Origin: an uncultured Bacteroidales bacterium | GTDB taxonomy: Bacteria > Bacteroidota > Bacteroidia > Bacteroidales > Paludibacteraceae | Direction: 5' to 3' | Assembly (NCBI GenBank): GCA_946619625.1 | Contig: CAMOMF010000084.1 | Coordinates: forward strand, 1-44,292 | Length of the DNA stretch: 44,292 nt | Shown here: piece after piece, positions 25,401 through 33,475 of the stretch | How positions within the stretch are numbered: position 1 is the stretch's first letter | Layout of the letters: every line of letters begins with the position of its first letter | Translations under genes and position numbers: made by a program | The notes under the pieces: model-generated | The model's database searches: none | What the model was told of the DNA's origin: nothing | The model's input: the letters and a program-made list of their open reading frames with translations, nothing else

Positions 25401-26343
25401 CATCCCGAAAGATAGCACCGGATGGCATGCCTACACCTTCACCGAAGATACGCTCGTCAACATCATCTGGAACGATGGCATCACCGGACAAGGTTATACT
25501 CACCAGACGCAAGATATTAAAAACCTCGGCACTTCCGCATGCTACCGCCTCTATGGCAAAGACTCGATTGGTTTCACAACTGCCCTCACAATGGACTGCG
25601 ACGCCAATCCCGCAGACTATCATACCATCGCCTACATGGACGTGGACTTTGACAACCAACTCCTGCTCATCGGACAAGTAGAGCACGGCGCAACCTTCGA
25701 GTACTCGCCTACCATCCCGCAACACGAAGGAATAGTCTTCCAGAACTGGGCAAACGCTGCCACAGGCGAGCCGTTCGACACCAATGCGCCTATCACCGAA
25801 GACCTGCTCATCGACGAGATGTACAACCACGTTTACTACTGGGCATATCTGGTTGACTGGGACGGTACTATCATTGCTTCGGGCCAATTCGCCCATGGCA
25901 TCAGTATCACCAACATCAACGAGTTCTCCGGCTACTGTTACCGGGAAGGCTACGAGTTCATCGGCTGGAGCGACAGCTTGCAGAACATCACCTCTGCCCG
26001 CATCTCCGTGGCACAGTACAAGCCTCTCTCTGCCGGCAACTACACCGTCACCTACTCCGGCAAAGACGGCGAGTTCCTCGACACGCAGAACATAGACCTG
26101 AACCTGCCTGTTCCGGCTACCATGGACGGATACATGTTCGTAGGTTGGCAGGTTGTCGGAGGTTCACTCGAGCAGGGTATTCAAGTGCAAGCTACTTACG
26201 AGCCCATCGGCGGTAGCGGCGCTCCTGCCACCGAAGGCGAACAGGCTGGACCACGCAAAGTAATACGCGACAACAACATCTACATCCTCACCTCCGACGG
26301 CAAAGTATATACTTCCGACGGCAAACTCGTTGAAAACAAATAA
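22444..26343 (+). CDS. Large secreted protein with six CBM25/26-like (alpha-glucan-binding type) modules and InlB B-repeats; no catalytic domain recognised
   Basis: 1299 aa with signal peptide MKRFLLSLTAMLVVMGLNLVNAS. Six repeats follow the pattern W(E/N)x(V/L)Y(L/V)Y(A/S)W...WPG...D(S)xGW..YTF....(N)(I/L)(I/L)(W/F)N(N/D)G...QT.D. Flg_new-like segments include YHLVYFYGINGDFLAVV...VTGYTFMGWNQDF. Confidence 0.85.
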   Translation: MKRFLLSLTAMLVVMGLNLVNASTCADLNAVTSSSGVSFTLDQVTVVYVKAPYIYVQDATGTSLIYSNWNAFKRLQPGNVVSSVTGTAKLYSKLPELQPTDSMLTVVSGPAPAIPDATATPTTADINKVCWFRDVNMGAQSFPSNKAQNLTGTFPGGSALFRNAWKEAYQFDSTKTYDILGCVAIYNTTIQVYAAQILEHTEDLHSSITVGVQKPSEWNGLYLHYWNTSLGSTNWPGEAVAVDSLGWAYFTFPNDTAINYIWNSGDGTQTVNLTTNRSVCQRLLPPQPHISNSQYTALEVECGALDQPTDTVTPQPVDTVTPLPANSINVGFQANNWENLYLYAWTEAGEPLGGWPGIEVQRDSLGWGYYTFDLESVNYIWNDYANHKQTTNLATTESKCERVGSLLDDTQYNAVYDVEAVACGSAWPSDTVTPTPIDTITPTPVDTTGHDTIPQPVEGFTIKLLGMSVPSSWNEVRLFSWTAGVDPALSTDYGLALTLDSLGWYSYTFENLPVVDFLFNNGAWGAGNQTVDVKAAVDLCFALGDPNTTGNNHYPVIDVDCIHPDSITPTPVDTTSSHTVYLTDNITHAIFGMIQVPYGGTAVLPMDSLPYYEGYHFVFWEGLYDGSNVIENVTSDLWMQAKYYITLPEQPVISAIPVRLKASSVPQSWEHVYVYSWTQGAMNEPWPGAEMRLDSTGWYTYRFPAGVQNIDLLFNNGEGNVGNQTVDVDDINGEYCFRMGQPLDSITGYHIVYLADCEGVDTIAPQPQPEGITVRLTKEDTYGGWYGTYYVYAWQTIDSVDIPILGEWPGVEMAFDSISGFYSYTFDEQYDNVNIVFSTENGVQTDDIRGITEDACFQVGPGMGWLNGMYVHNYVQVSCDQSIQYHLVYFYGINGDFLAVVRVADGESAEAPVAPEVTGYTFMGWNQDFSHVTGQMNVYAVYQYNGASGDGITVRLLSTNGYGWENIYLYAWTNTGEPLGSWPGTLIPKDSTGWHAYTFTEDTLVNIIWNDGITGQGYTHQTQDIKNLGTSACYRLYGKDSIGFTTALTMDCDANPADYHTIAYMDVDFDNQLLLIGQVEHGATFEYSPTIPQHEGIVFQNWANAATGEPFDTNAPITEDLLIDEMYNHVYYWAYLVDWDGTIIASGQFAHGISITNINEFSGYCYREGYEFIGWSDSLQNITSARISVAQYKPLSAGNYTVTYSGKDGEFLDTQNIDLNLPVPATMDGYMFVGWQVVGGSLEQGIQVQATYEPIGGSGAPATEGEQAGPRKVIRDNNIYILTSDGKVYTSDGKLVENK

Positions 26344-26410
26344 GCAATAACGACTGCTACTATAGCAAACTGCTAAAGCAAAACGTATTTGCTTTTCATC
26401 GCATTTCTTC

Positions 26411-26438
26411 ACAGGCAGGGACACAGCTCCCTGCCTGT
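26411..26438 (+). terminator. Stem-loop terminator (11-bp stem)
   Basis: acaggcaggga-cacagc-tccctgcctgt, followed by tctt. Confidence 0.65.
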
Positions 26439-26654
26439 TCTTATCTGCCATTCCCCGCTCCACGTCCCTCTAAGTCTATTCCACCACCCTACATGTTGTC
26501 TTACCTAACTGCCACCTTCTCACATCTCCCTGTGAACCGTTCCATTGCAAAACGCTCAATGGTTAATAACTTGTCTCTTTCATTCCCGAAATGCGCTATA
26601 AATGTTGCTTTTCGCAAAAAAAGTACATTTTTTCTATGAATAGCACTCCGAATA

Positions 26655-26686
26655 TTTGCTTAAACCAAAAAAAAGCAGTAACTTTG
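26655..26686 (+). promoter_or_regulatory. Bacteroidetes-type promoter cassette
   Basis: tttgcttaaaccaaaaaaaagcagTAACTTTG. The -7 box is part of the inverted repeat ACTTTGTA...TACAAAGT (26681-26704). Confidence 0.7.
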
Positions 26687-26717
26687 TACAAGTTTTTACA
26701 AAGTAAAACTTGACAAT

Positions 26718-27953
26718 ATGGAAATAGAACAACTGGAAACGCCGTTTTGGCAGATTATGTTACCCGCGCTCGTTGCGCTGGTAACAGTTAGGTGGTTCTA
26801 TTTCAAGATACTCCGCATCGCGAAGGAGAAAAACCTGGTGGACAATCCCGATGCTCGTAAGTTGCAAAAGGAGCCCGTGCCCGTAATGGGCGGAATAGCG
26901 GTGTTCTTTGGTGTAGTGTGTGCAATCCTTGTCGGAGGTGTGCTGATAGACGTGTCACGCTTACTGCCCGCTATACTCGGCATGGTGGTGCTGCTCTATT
27001 TCGGCGCGTTGGACGACGTGATGGGCTTGAGCCAGATAACGCGCCTTGTAGCAGAGTCACTCGTTGTGCTCGGAATGATTTTCGGGAGCGGCATGTGCGC
27101 CGATAGCCTCTACGGTATGTGGGGAATAGGCACATTCTCGTGGTGGATAGGCATTCCATTGACCGTTTTTGCCTGCGTAGGCATCATCAATGCCATCAAC
27201 ATGGTGGACGGCGTCAACGGCTTGAGCAGTGGGCTTTGCCTGACATGCGCGGGATTGTTCGGAGTCGTTTTTATCAAACGCGCAGACATCGCCAATGCCA
27301 TGATGGCGTTTGCCATGATGGCAAGCCTGATTCCATTCTTACTCCACAACGTCTTTGGCAAGAGTAGCCGGATGTTTATCGGCGATGCAGGCACGATGAT
27401 AATGGGTGCTCTGATGAGTTGGTTCATGATTTGTCTGCTCAGCTCTGACAACATACGTCTGGACAGCCATTTCAATCCCATAGCACTTGCATTGGCAGTG
27501 CTTAGTGTACCTGTGTTCGACACGCTCCGCGTCATGACGCAACGTATCTTACATGGTATTAGCCCCTTCCGCGCCGACAAAACACACCTCCACCATGCGT
27601 TCATAGAGGTGGGAATGAGCCACAGCATCACGGCTTTGTCGGAGATACTGATAGACTGCATCATCGTACTCATTTGGTATCTCTCCTACCGTATGGGGGC
27701 ATCATTGGAGACCCAGTTCTACGTAGTACTCGCAGCCGCAATAATCTTTGTCTGGGGAACATACCTGCTACTATGGTACGGCAGCAAGGACAATCGCTGG
27801 GGACGCACACTACAACACCTTATGCCCCGCACACACTTGGGGCACACAGCTTGGTGGCTCCGCATGCAAGAGATGATGGATGCGCCCGAGGCGAAAGCCC
27901 CGGATATGCAAAGGAAACCGAAATTCAATCCCACTGAGGACGAAAAAGAATAA
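26718..27953 (+). CDS. MraY/WecA-family (GT4) undecaprenyl-phosphate sugar-1-phosphate transferase
   Basis: 411 aa and polytopic. Motifs: NLVDNPDARKLQKEPVPVMGGIAVFFG and NAINMVDGVNGLSSG. Confidence 0.85.
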   Translation: MEIEQLETPFWQIMLPALVALVTVRWFYFKILRIAKEKNLVDNPDARKLQKEPVPVMGGIAVFFGVVCAILVGGVLIDVSRLLPAILGMVVLLYFGALDDVMGLSQITRLVAESLVVLGMIFGSGMCADSLYGMWGIGTFSWWIGIPLTVFACVGIINAINMVDGVNGLSSGLCLTCAGLFGVVFIKRADIANAMMAFAMMASLIPFLLHNVFGKSSRMFIGDAGTMIMGALMSWFMICLLSSDNIRLDSHFNPIALALAVLSVPVFDTLRVMTQRILHGISPFRADKTHLHHAFIEVGMSHSITALSEILIDCIIVLIWYLSYRMGASLETQFYVVLAAAIIFVWGTYLLLWYGSKDNRWGRTLQHLMPRTHLGHTAWWLRMQEMMDAPEAKAPDMQRKPKFNPTEDEKE

Positions 27954-27986
27954 AAATATATAAAACAAAAAAATTGCATTAAGGTA

Positions 27987-30017
27987 ATGAAAAGATTTTT
28001 GTATTTGACGAGCCTCGTGCTCGCAACGCTTGCTTTTGTAGCTTGCAATCCCAATCCGCCTGAGAAGAAATCCTCTCAGGCTATCAAAGTATTGGACAGA
28101 AGCAATGCAGACTCTTTCTACGGTTATGCGGAACTTTCTGTTCCTGCCGGTGTCACCACTGTCTATCTCGAGAACTACAGTGGCGTCGATGCTCAAGGAC
28201 ACAAAAAGAACCTGACTATCACACCCATGAAGGTCAATCCCGTTGTGGAAGCACCTGCTAACGGTAAGGACGTTGAGCCCTTCGGAAAAGTAAAACTACT
28301 CTTCCAAGCACCTGCACAGACAATGGTTGCGGTCTATTACGTAGCAGGCGATGGCGCTGCTGAGTATACACCGGCCCCCGAGCGCCGACGCATAGCTCGC
28401 GCACCCATGACAATCAGCGCCGAGGACGACTCCGTCACAGCTGAGGTGTACGCCCTCAACGATTTCCCCGTGGACCAAATCACCTACGGCGAGTTCGGCA
28501 AGACCCGTTACGTTCAAGTGCAGTGGAACTTCGCATGGTACAACAACGAAAGCACCAACTGGCAGAACACCAAGTCCTACCCCAAGGACGTAGTACTCTA
28601 TGATGCCGAGCACAATCACACCCTGCGCTATAAGTTCGCATACGATGGCACAGGCAATGGACCCGCCTACTTCCTCGACGATGCCTACGAAGTGAAAGAC
28701 TACACCGTAGTGGGCGAGAAGTACCACTATTGCAGCGGCTGCGGCAACTGCGCGAAATGCATGCCTTGGGGCTGCTCTTGCGGCTGTGGCAGCGTCAACT
28801 CTGCTTTCGTCCCCAATGGCGACCTCACCGGGGGCGCAGAGCCCGAACTGCCCGAAGTACCGGAACTCTCTTCTGGCATCACCGTGGTCAACCTGCCCGA
28901 ACCTGCTCCTTATGTCACCTCCGACCAAGAGCAGACTTTCTACCACTCCAGCGGCGTAGTGATGTTCGAGGATAGTTGGCCCAACGTGGACCGTGGCGGC
29001 ATTTATGACGTTGACTTCGACGATGTGGTTATTGACTACGACATCGAGGCAAAGACCGTTGCCGACGAACTCCTCGAGACCGAAGGCTGGCGCGAGCAGG
29101 TGAAAGTGGTGCTGCACCTCCGTGCAGTGGGCAGCGGCAACCCCTATCGCGTGGGTGTGCGGCTGGAAGGCTTCAACACCAACAATGTGGACCATATCGA
29201 CACCTACTACACCCTTGATAGTTATCAGAATCCTCACGGCGAACTGCCCGCATTCACGGTAAACACGCTTCAGAACATGTCCAACCACTACGAGAACGAC
29301 CCGCTCAATCCTATTGTCGAGATGGCGCACCTCCACGTGATGAACCAAGCACGTGCCGGACAGGGTGCCGATGCGGAGTATGACTACGTAAACGGCAGTT
29401 TTACCAACCACACCGTGTTCAACCTCACCTACGGCTTCAAGGGCGGTCCCGACGAGAGCCAGTACGACCCCGAACTGGCAACCGACCCCACACTGCCTAC
29501 CCCGTTCGAAAAGATTCAGAATCAGAAGTTCTACAACGTTATCCCGGGTTACATCAACGTGGCAGGCGGTCTCTTCACGATGACGGTTATCTACCACATG
29601 AAAGCGCGCGCTGAGATGACACCCACCGAGAGAGAGGCGGTCAAGCAAAACATGATTGAGACGGTAATGAACACCACCAAGCAGAACTTCTACATCATCG
29701 CCGACAACAACTACACACCTGTGGGACTCAAGGGATACGACCCCGTCTTCCTGCACCCGCAGTCACAGAGCGCGTATAACAACAAGTTCCAGCAGGGCGT
29801 TGAAAACGGATGGCTCAACCCCTCCACCCCGTACGCCAGCACCAACGGAGCCGTATGGGGATTCAAGTGCCCGACACTCACCCGCCACATCTGGAACAAG
29901 ATGTACTTCTCGCAGGCATACCCGCACTACACCAATTGGGTGGAGTCAAGTGGAGCCGCTGACGCGGACTGGTATCACCACGACGTGAATGAGAAATATG
30001 TGGTTTGCTGGTGGTAA
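27987..30017 (+). CDS. LruC-domain (DUF4842) lipoprotein
   Basis: 676 aa with lipobox LAFVAC. LruC-type core: SSGVVMFEDSWPNVDRGGIYDVDFDDVVIDYDIE...VVLHLRAVGSGNPYRVGVRLEGF. Confidence 0.75.
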   Translation: MKRFLYLTSLVLATLAFVACNPNPPEKKSSQAIKVLDRSNADSFYGYAELSVPAGVTTVYLENYSGVDAQGHKKNLTITPMKVNPVVEAPANGKDVEPFGKVKLLFQAPAQTMVAVYYVAGDGAAEYTPAPERRRIARAPMTISAEDDSVTAEVYALNDFPVDQITYGEFGKTRYVQVQWNFAWYNNESTNWQNTKSYPKDVVLYDAEHNHTLRYKFAYDGTGNGPAYFLDDAYEVKDYTVVGEKYHYCSGCGNCAKCMPWGCSCGCGSVNSAFVPNGDLTGGAEPELPEVPELSSGITVVNLPEPAPYVTSDQEQTFYHSSGVVMFEDSWPNVDRGGIYDVDFDDVVIDYDIEAKTVADELLETEGWREQVKVVLHLRAVGSGNPYRVGVRLEGFNTNNVDHIDTYYTLDSYQNPHGELPAFTVNTLQNMSNHYENDPLNPIVEMAHLHVMNQARAGQGADAEYDYVNGSFTNHTVFNLTYGFKGGPDESQYDPELATDPTLPTPFEKIQNQKFYNVIPGYINVAGGLFTMTVIYHMKARAEMTPTEREAVKQNMIETVMNTTKQNFYIIADNNYTPVGLKGYDPVFLHPQSQSAYNNKFQQGVENGWLNPSTPYASTNGAVWGFKCPTLTRHIWNKMYFSQAYPHYTNWVESSGAADADWYHHDVNEKYVVCWW

Positions 30018-30054
30018 TATCATCAAGGTGGCAATCAATTCACTGTAAATACGT

Positions 30055-31578
30055 ATGCAGACCATCACACTCACACAATGCCGGCGAAGCACCACTACTA
30101 CGATGGTGGGCTCCGTCGGCATTGGCTCTTCTTTCCCTGTCCGCCTGCAAACCATGGCGAACACCGACACCAACGATATCGAGGCATCTGTGGCACAGGC
30201 ACAGCGGTGTTTCCAGGCTGGTGCCGAGTTGGTACGTTTCACTACACAGGGATCACGCGAAGCCGAAAGTCTGCGTGAAATACACACTCTCTTACGTAAA
30301 CATTTATCGCTACCTGGTGAGGGGAGCTCCATACCATCTGCGTACCTTCTCAACAACCAAAACGAATCGGCAACGGACCCGATCCCTGCCCCCTCTGTTC
30401 CGCCTCTGGTAGCCGATGTTCATTTCAACCCGAACGTTGCAGACCTCGCTGCACAGTACGTCGAGAAAGTCCGCATCAACCCGGGCAACTACATCGACCC
30501 CGCTCGTGTCTTCAAGCATATCGACTACACCGACGATGAGTACCGCGCCGAACTGGCAAGGCTCCGCGAGCGTTTCACCACCCTGCTTGGTATATGCAAA
30601 GAGCATGGCACCGCCCTGCGTATCGGCGTCAACCATGGCAGCCTCAGCGACCGGATCATGTCACGCTTTGGTGACACCCCTGCCGGAATGGTGGAGAGTT
30701 GCATGGAGTTCCTCCGCGTGGCGGTGGACGAGCATTTTACGAACATCGTCCTCTCTATCAAAGCCAGCAACACACGCATCATGGTCGAAACGGTGCGCCT
30801 TCTTGTCGCACAGATGGACAAAGAGGACATGCACTTTCCCCTCCACCTCGGCGTTACCGAAGCGGGCGAAGGCGAGGACGGACGAATCAAATCCGCCGTC
30901 GGCATCGGCGCACTGCTGGCTGACGGCATTGGCGATACGATCCGCGTCAGCCTCAGCGAGGCTCCCGAAGCAGAACTGCCCGTAGCACGCGCCCTCCGCG
31001 ACTATTTCACCGACCCCGGCAGTATCCGCTACCATGGCGTCAGTCTGTACATGGACAACAACACGCTCACCTACTCCAGCCCTCAAACCGACTGGGCGCT
31101 TTTCCAACTGCAAGCCGCCGCCGAACTCGGCAAATGGCTGCTTTCCACACCCACAGATTTGCACATCTACACATTTACCAATTTACAAATTGATAACCCC
31201 AACTTCCCCAAAGAGAAGTTGGACATTCTCACCAAAGATATCCTCCAAGCCGCGGGACTGATACGCTACAAAACCGAGTACGTCAGTTGTCCCTCATGCG
31301 GGCGTACCTTATTTAATATTGAGGAGGTCATCCGCGAAGTACGCACCGCCACCTCACACCTTACGGGACTCAAGATTGCCGTCATGGGCTGTATCGTTAA
31401 CGGGCCCGGAGAAATGGCGGATGCCGACTATGGATACGTTGGTGCGGGACGCGGAAAAATCAGTCTCTACCGGCGCAAACAGTGCGTTCTAAAGAATATC
31501 CCCCAGGAACAGGCGGTCGATGCGCTACTGCAACTAATCGAACAGGACAAACAAAGCGGCACAACCGAACCTGTTTGA
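30055..31578 (+). CDS. ispG: 4-hydroxy-3-methylbut-2-en-1-yl diphosphate synthase (IspG/GcpE)
   Basis: 507 aa. Motifs: PLVADVHFNP, RINPGNY, GVNHGSLS, HLGVTEAGEGEDGRIKSA, CPSCGRT and MGCIVNGPGEMADADYGYVG. Confidence 0.9.
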   Translation: MQTITLTQCRRSTTTTMVGSVGIGSSFPVRLQTMANTDTNDIEASVAQAQRCFQAGAELVRFTTQGSREAESLREIHTLLRKHLSLPGEGSSIPSAYLLNNQNESATDPIPAPSVPPLVADVHFNPNVADLAAQYVEKVRINPGNYIDPARVFKHIDYTDDEYRAELARLRERFTTLLGICKEHGTALRIGVNHGSLSDRIMSRFGDTPAGMVESCMEFLRVAVDEHFTNIVLSIKASNTRIMVETVRLLVAQMDKEDMHFPLHLGVTEAGEGEDGRIKSAVGIGALLADGIGDTIRVSLSEAPEAELPVARALRDYFTDPGSIRYHGVSLYMDNNTLTYSSPQTDWALFQLQAAAELGKWLLSTPTDLHIYTFTNLQIDNPNFPKEKLDILTKDILQAAGLIRYKTEYVSCPSCGRTLFNIEEVIREVRTATSHLTGLKIAVMGCIVNGPGEMADADYGYVGAGRGKISLYRRKQCVLKNIPQEQAVDALLQLIEQDKQSGTTEPV

Positions 31579-31642
31579 CTCCCCAAATAACCACCACTCA
31601 GAACATATATCTAAATAATTCATAATATAAAATAATTATTCT

Positions 31643-33289
31643 ATGCAAAAAAGTCCTCTACAAATTGCTCGCAGCAACTACAAACCCAAAATGCCGGTTG
31701 CGCTGCAAGGTGCTGTCTCCATCAAGCAAGGCGAACCTACGCAGTCTGTTGCTGATCAGGCGGAAATCAAGAAACTGTTCCCTAACACCTACGGGCTGCC
31801 CCTCATCTCCCTCGTTCCGGGCGAAGAGCGCGCCTTCCCACAGATAAACGTAGGCGTCATTCTATCCGGCGGACAGGCTCCCGGCGGACACAATGTGATT
31901 GCCGGTCTGTTCGACGGACTCAAGAAACTCAACCCGCAGAACAAACTCTACGGATTCCTTAACGGTCCCAGCGGCTTGATTGAAAACAAGCATATCGAGT
32001 TGACTGCCGACATTATCGACGAGTACCGCAACACCGGCGGATTCGATATCATCGGTTCCGGACGTACCAAACTGGAAGAAACTTGGCAGTTCGACAAGGG
32101 CATCGAGGCATGCAAAGAGCTTGGTATCAAGGCAATTGTCATCATTGGCGGAGACGACTCCAACACCAACGCCTGCGTACTCGCAGAGTACTACCAGCAG
32201 AAAAATGCAGGTATTCAGGTCATCGGTTGCCCCAAGACCATCGACGGCGACCTCAAGAACGCACAGATAGAAACCAGTTTCGGTTTTGACACTGCTTGCA
32301 AGGTATATAGTGAGCTTATCGGTAACCTCCAGCGCGATGCCAACTCCGCCAAGAAATACTGGCACTTCATCCGTCTGATGGGACGCAGCGCCAGCCATAT
32401 CGCACTCGAGTGCGCACTGCAGGCACAGCCTAACATCTGCATCATCTCCGAGGAGGTAGAGGCTAAGAACATGACGCTCAACGACATTGTTGAGCAGATT
32501 GTCAAGGTGATTGTTGCCCGTGCCGATGCGGGACTCAACTTCGGTACGATCCTCATTCCCGAGGGACTCATCGAGTTCATCCCTGCCATGCGCAGACTCA
32601 TCGCCGAGCTGAACGACCTGCTCGCTTCCAACGAGGAGTTCAACTCGCTGGAAAGCGATGACGAGAAGCGCCAGTACGTCAAGGCCAAACTCAGCCGTGA
32701 GAGTTGCCAACTCTACCGTGACCTGCCCAAAGGCATCGCCCGACAACTTACACTCGACCGCGACCCCCACGGAAACGTCATGGTATCACAGATCGAGACC
32801 GAGAAACTGCTCATCGAGATGGTTGCCAAGCGCCTCGCTATCATGAAGGGAGAGGGCACCTACAAGGGCAAATTCTCCGCACTGAACCATTTCTTCGGCT
32901 ACGAAGGACGCTGCGCTATACCTTCCAATTTCGACGCAGACTACTGCTACTCGCTCGGACGCACCGCTGCATGGCTCATCGCAGAGGGCAAAACCGGCTA
33001 CATGGCGATTGTACAGAACCTCACCACACCCGCTGCGCAGTGGCAGGCAGGAGGTATTCCTATCACCATGATGATGAACATGGAGAAACGTAACGGCAAA
33101 ATGAAACCGGTTATCCAGAAAGCCCTCGTGGACCTGAACGGAGAACCATTCAAGTATTTCGCCGCGCATCGCGAACTGTGGGCGGACGCCAACACCAGTT
33201 ATATCTATCCGGGTCCAATCCAGTACTACGGTCCCAGCGAAGTATGCGACCAGCCAACCCGCACCCTCAAACTGGAACACCACGCGTAA
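31643..33289 (+). CDS. pfp: Diphosphate--fructose-6-phosphate 1-phosphotransferase (PPi-PFK)
   Basis: 548 aa. Motifs: [43 protein letters not shown] and [14 protein letters not shown]. Confidence 0.93.
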   Translation: MQKSPLQIARSNYKPKMPVALQGAVSIKQGEPTQSVADQAEIKKLFPNTYGLPLISLVPGEERAFPQINVGVILSGGQAPGGHNVIAGLFDGLKKLNPQNKLYGFLNGPSGLIENKHIELTADIIDEYRNTGGFDIIGSGRTKLEETWQFDKGIEACKELGIKAIVIIGGDDSNTNACVLAEYYQQKNAGIQVIGCPKTIDGDLKNAQIETSFGFDTACKVYSELIGNLQRDANSAKKYWHFIRLMGRSASHIALECALQAQPNICIISEEVEAKNMTLNDIVEQIVKVIVARADAGLNFGTILIPEGLIEFIPAMRRLIAELNDLLASNEEFNSLESDDEKRQYVKAKLSRESCQLYRDLPKGIARQLTLDRDPHGNVMVSQIETEKLLIEMVAKRLAIMKGEGTYKGKFSALNHFFGYEGRCAIPSNFDADYCYSLGRTAAWLIAEGKTGYMAIVQNLTTPAAQWQAGGIPITMMMNMEKRNGKMKPVIQKALVDLNGEPFKYFAAHRELWADANTSYIYPGPIQYYGPSEVCDQPTRTLKLEHHA

Positions 33290-33394
33290 ACTGAAACACT
33301 ACGTGTAAACTGAAACACCACGCGTAAACTGAAACACTACGCGTAAACTGGAACACCACGCGTAAACTGGAACACAACGCGTAAACTGAAAACA
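33271..33394 (+). repeat. 19-bp tandem repeat (about 6.5 copies) whose first copy encodes the last codons and stop of pfp
   Basis: actggaacaccacgcgTAA / actgaaacactacgtgtaa / actgaaacaccacgcgtaa / actgaaacactacgcgtaa / actggaacaccacgcgtaa / actggaacacaacgcgtaa / actgaaaaca. Confidence 0.9.
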
Positions 33395-33420
33395 AGCAGC
33401 CTCGTTTGAGGCTGCTTGTT
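33391..33420. terminator. Bidirectional stem-loop terminator between convergent pfp and GH3 genes
   Basis: aacaagcagcctc-gttt-gaggctgcttgtt (13-bp perfect stem). Confidence 0.75.
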
Positions 33421-33475
33421 TAGTTTCGGACCAATAGAACTGGTTCGGCTATATAAACTATTGAGACTAATTCGA

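Noticed and set aside
33271-33394. Possible CRISPR array. The same question applies to the repeats at 18728-18790, 15723-15777 and 14337-14415.
   Set aside because: The units are directly adjacent with no spacers, are only 8-24 bp long, and no cas genes are present.
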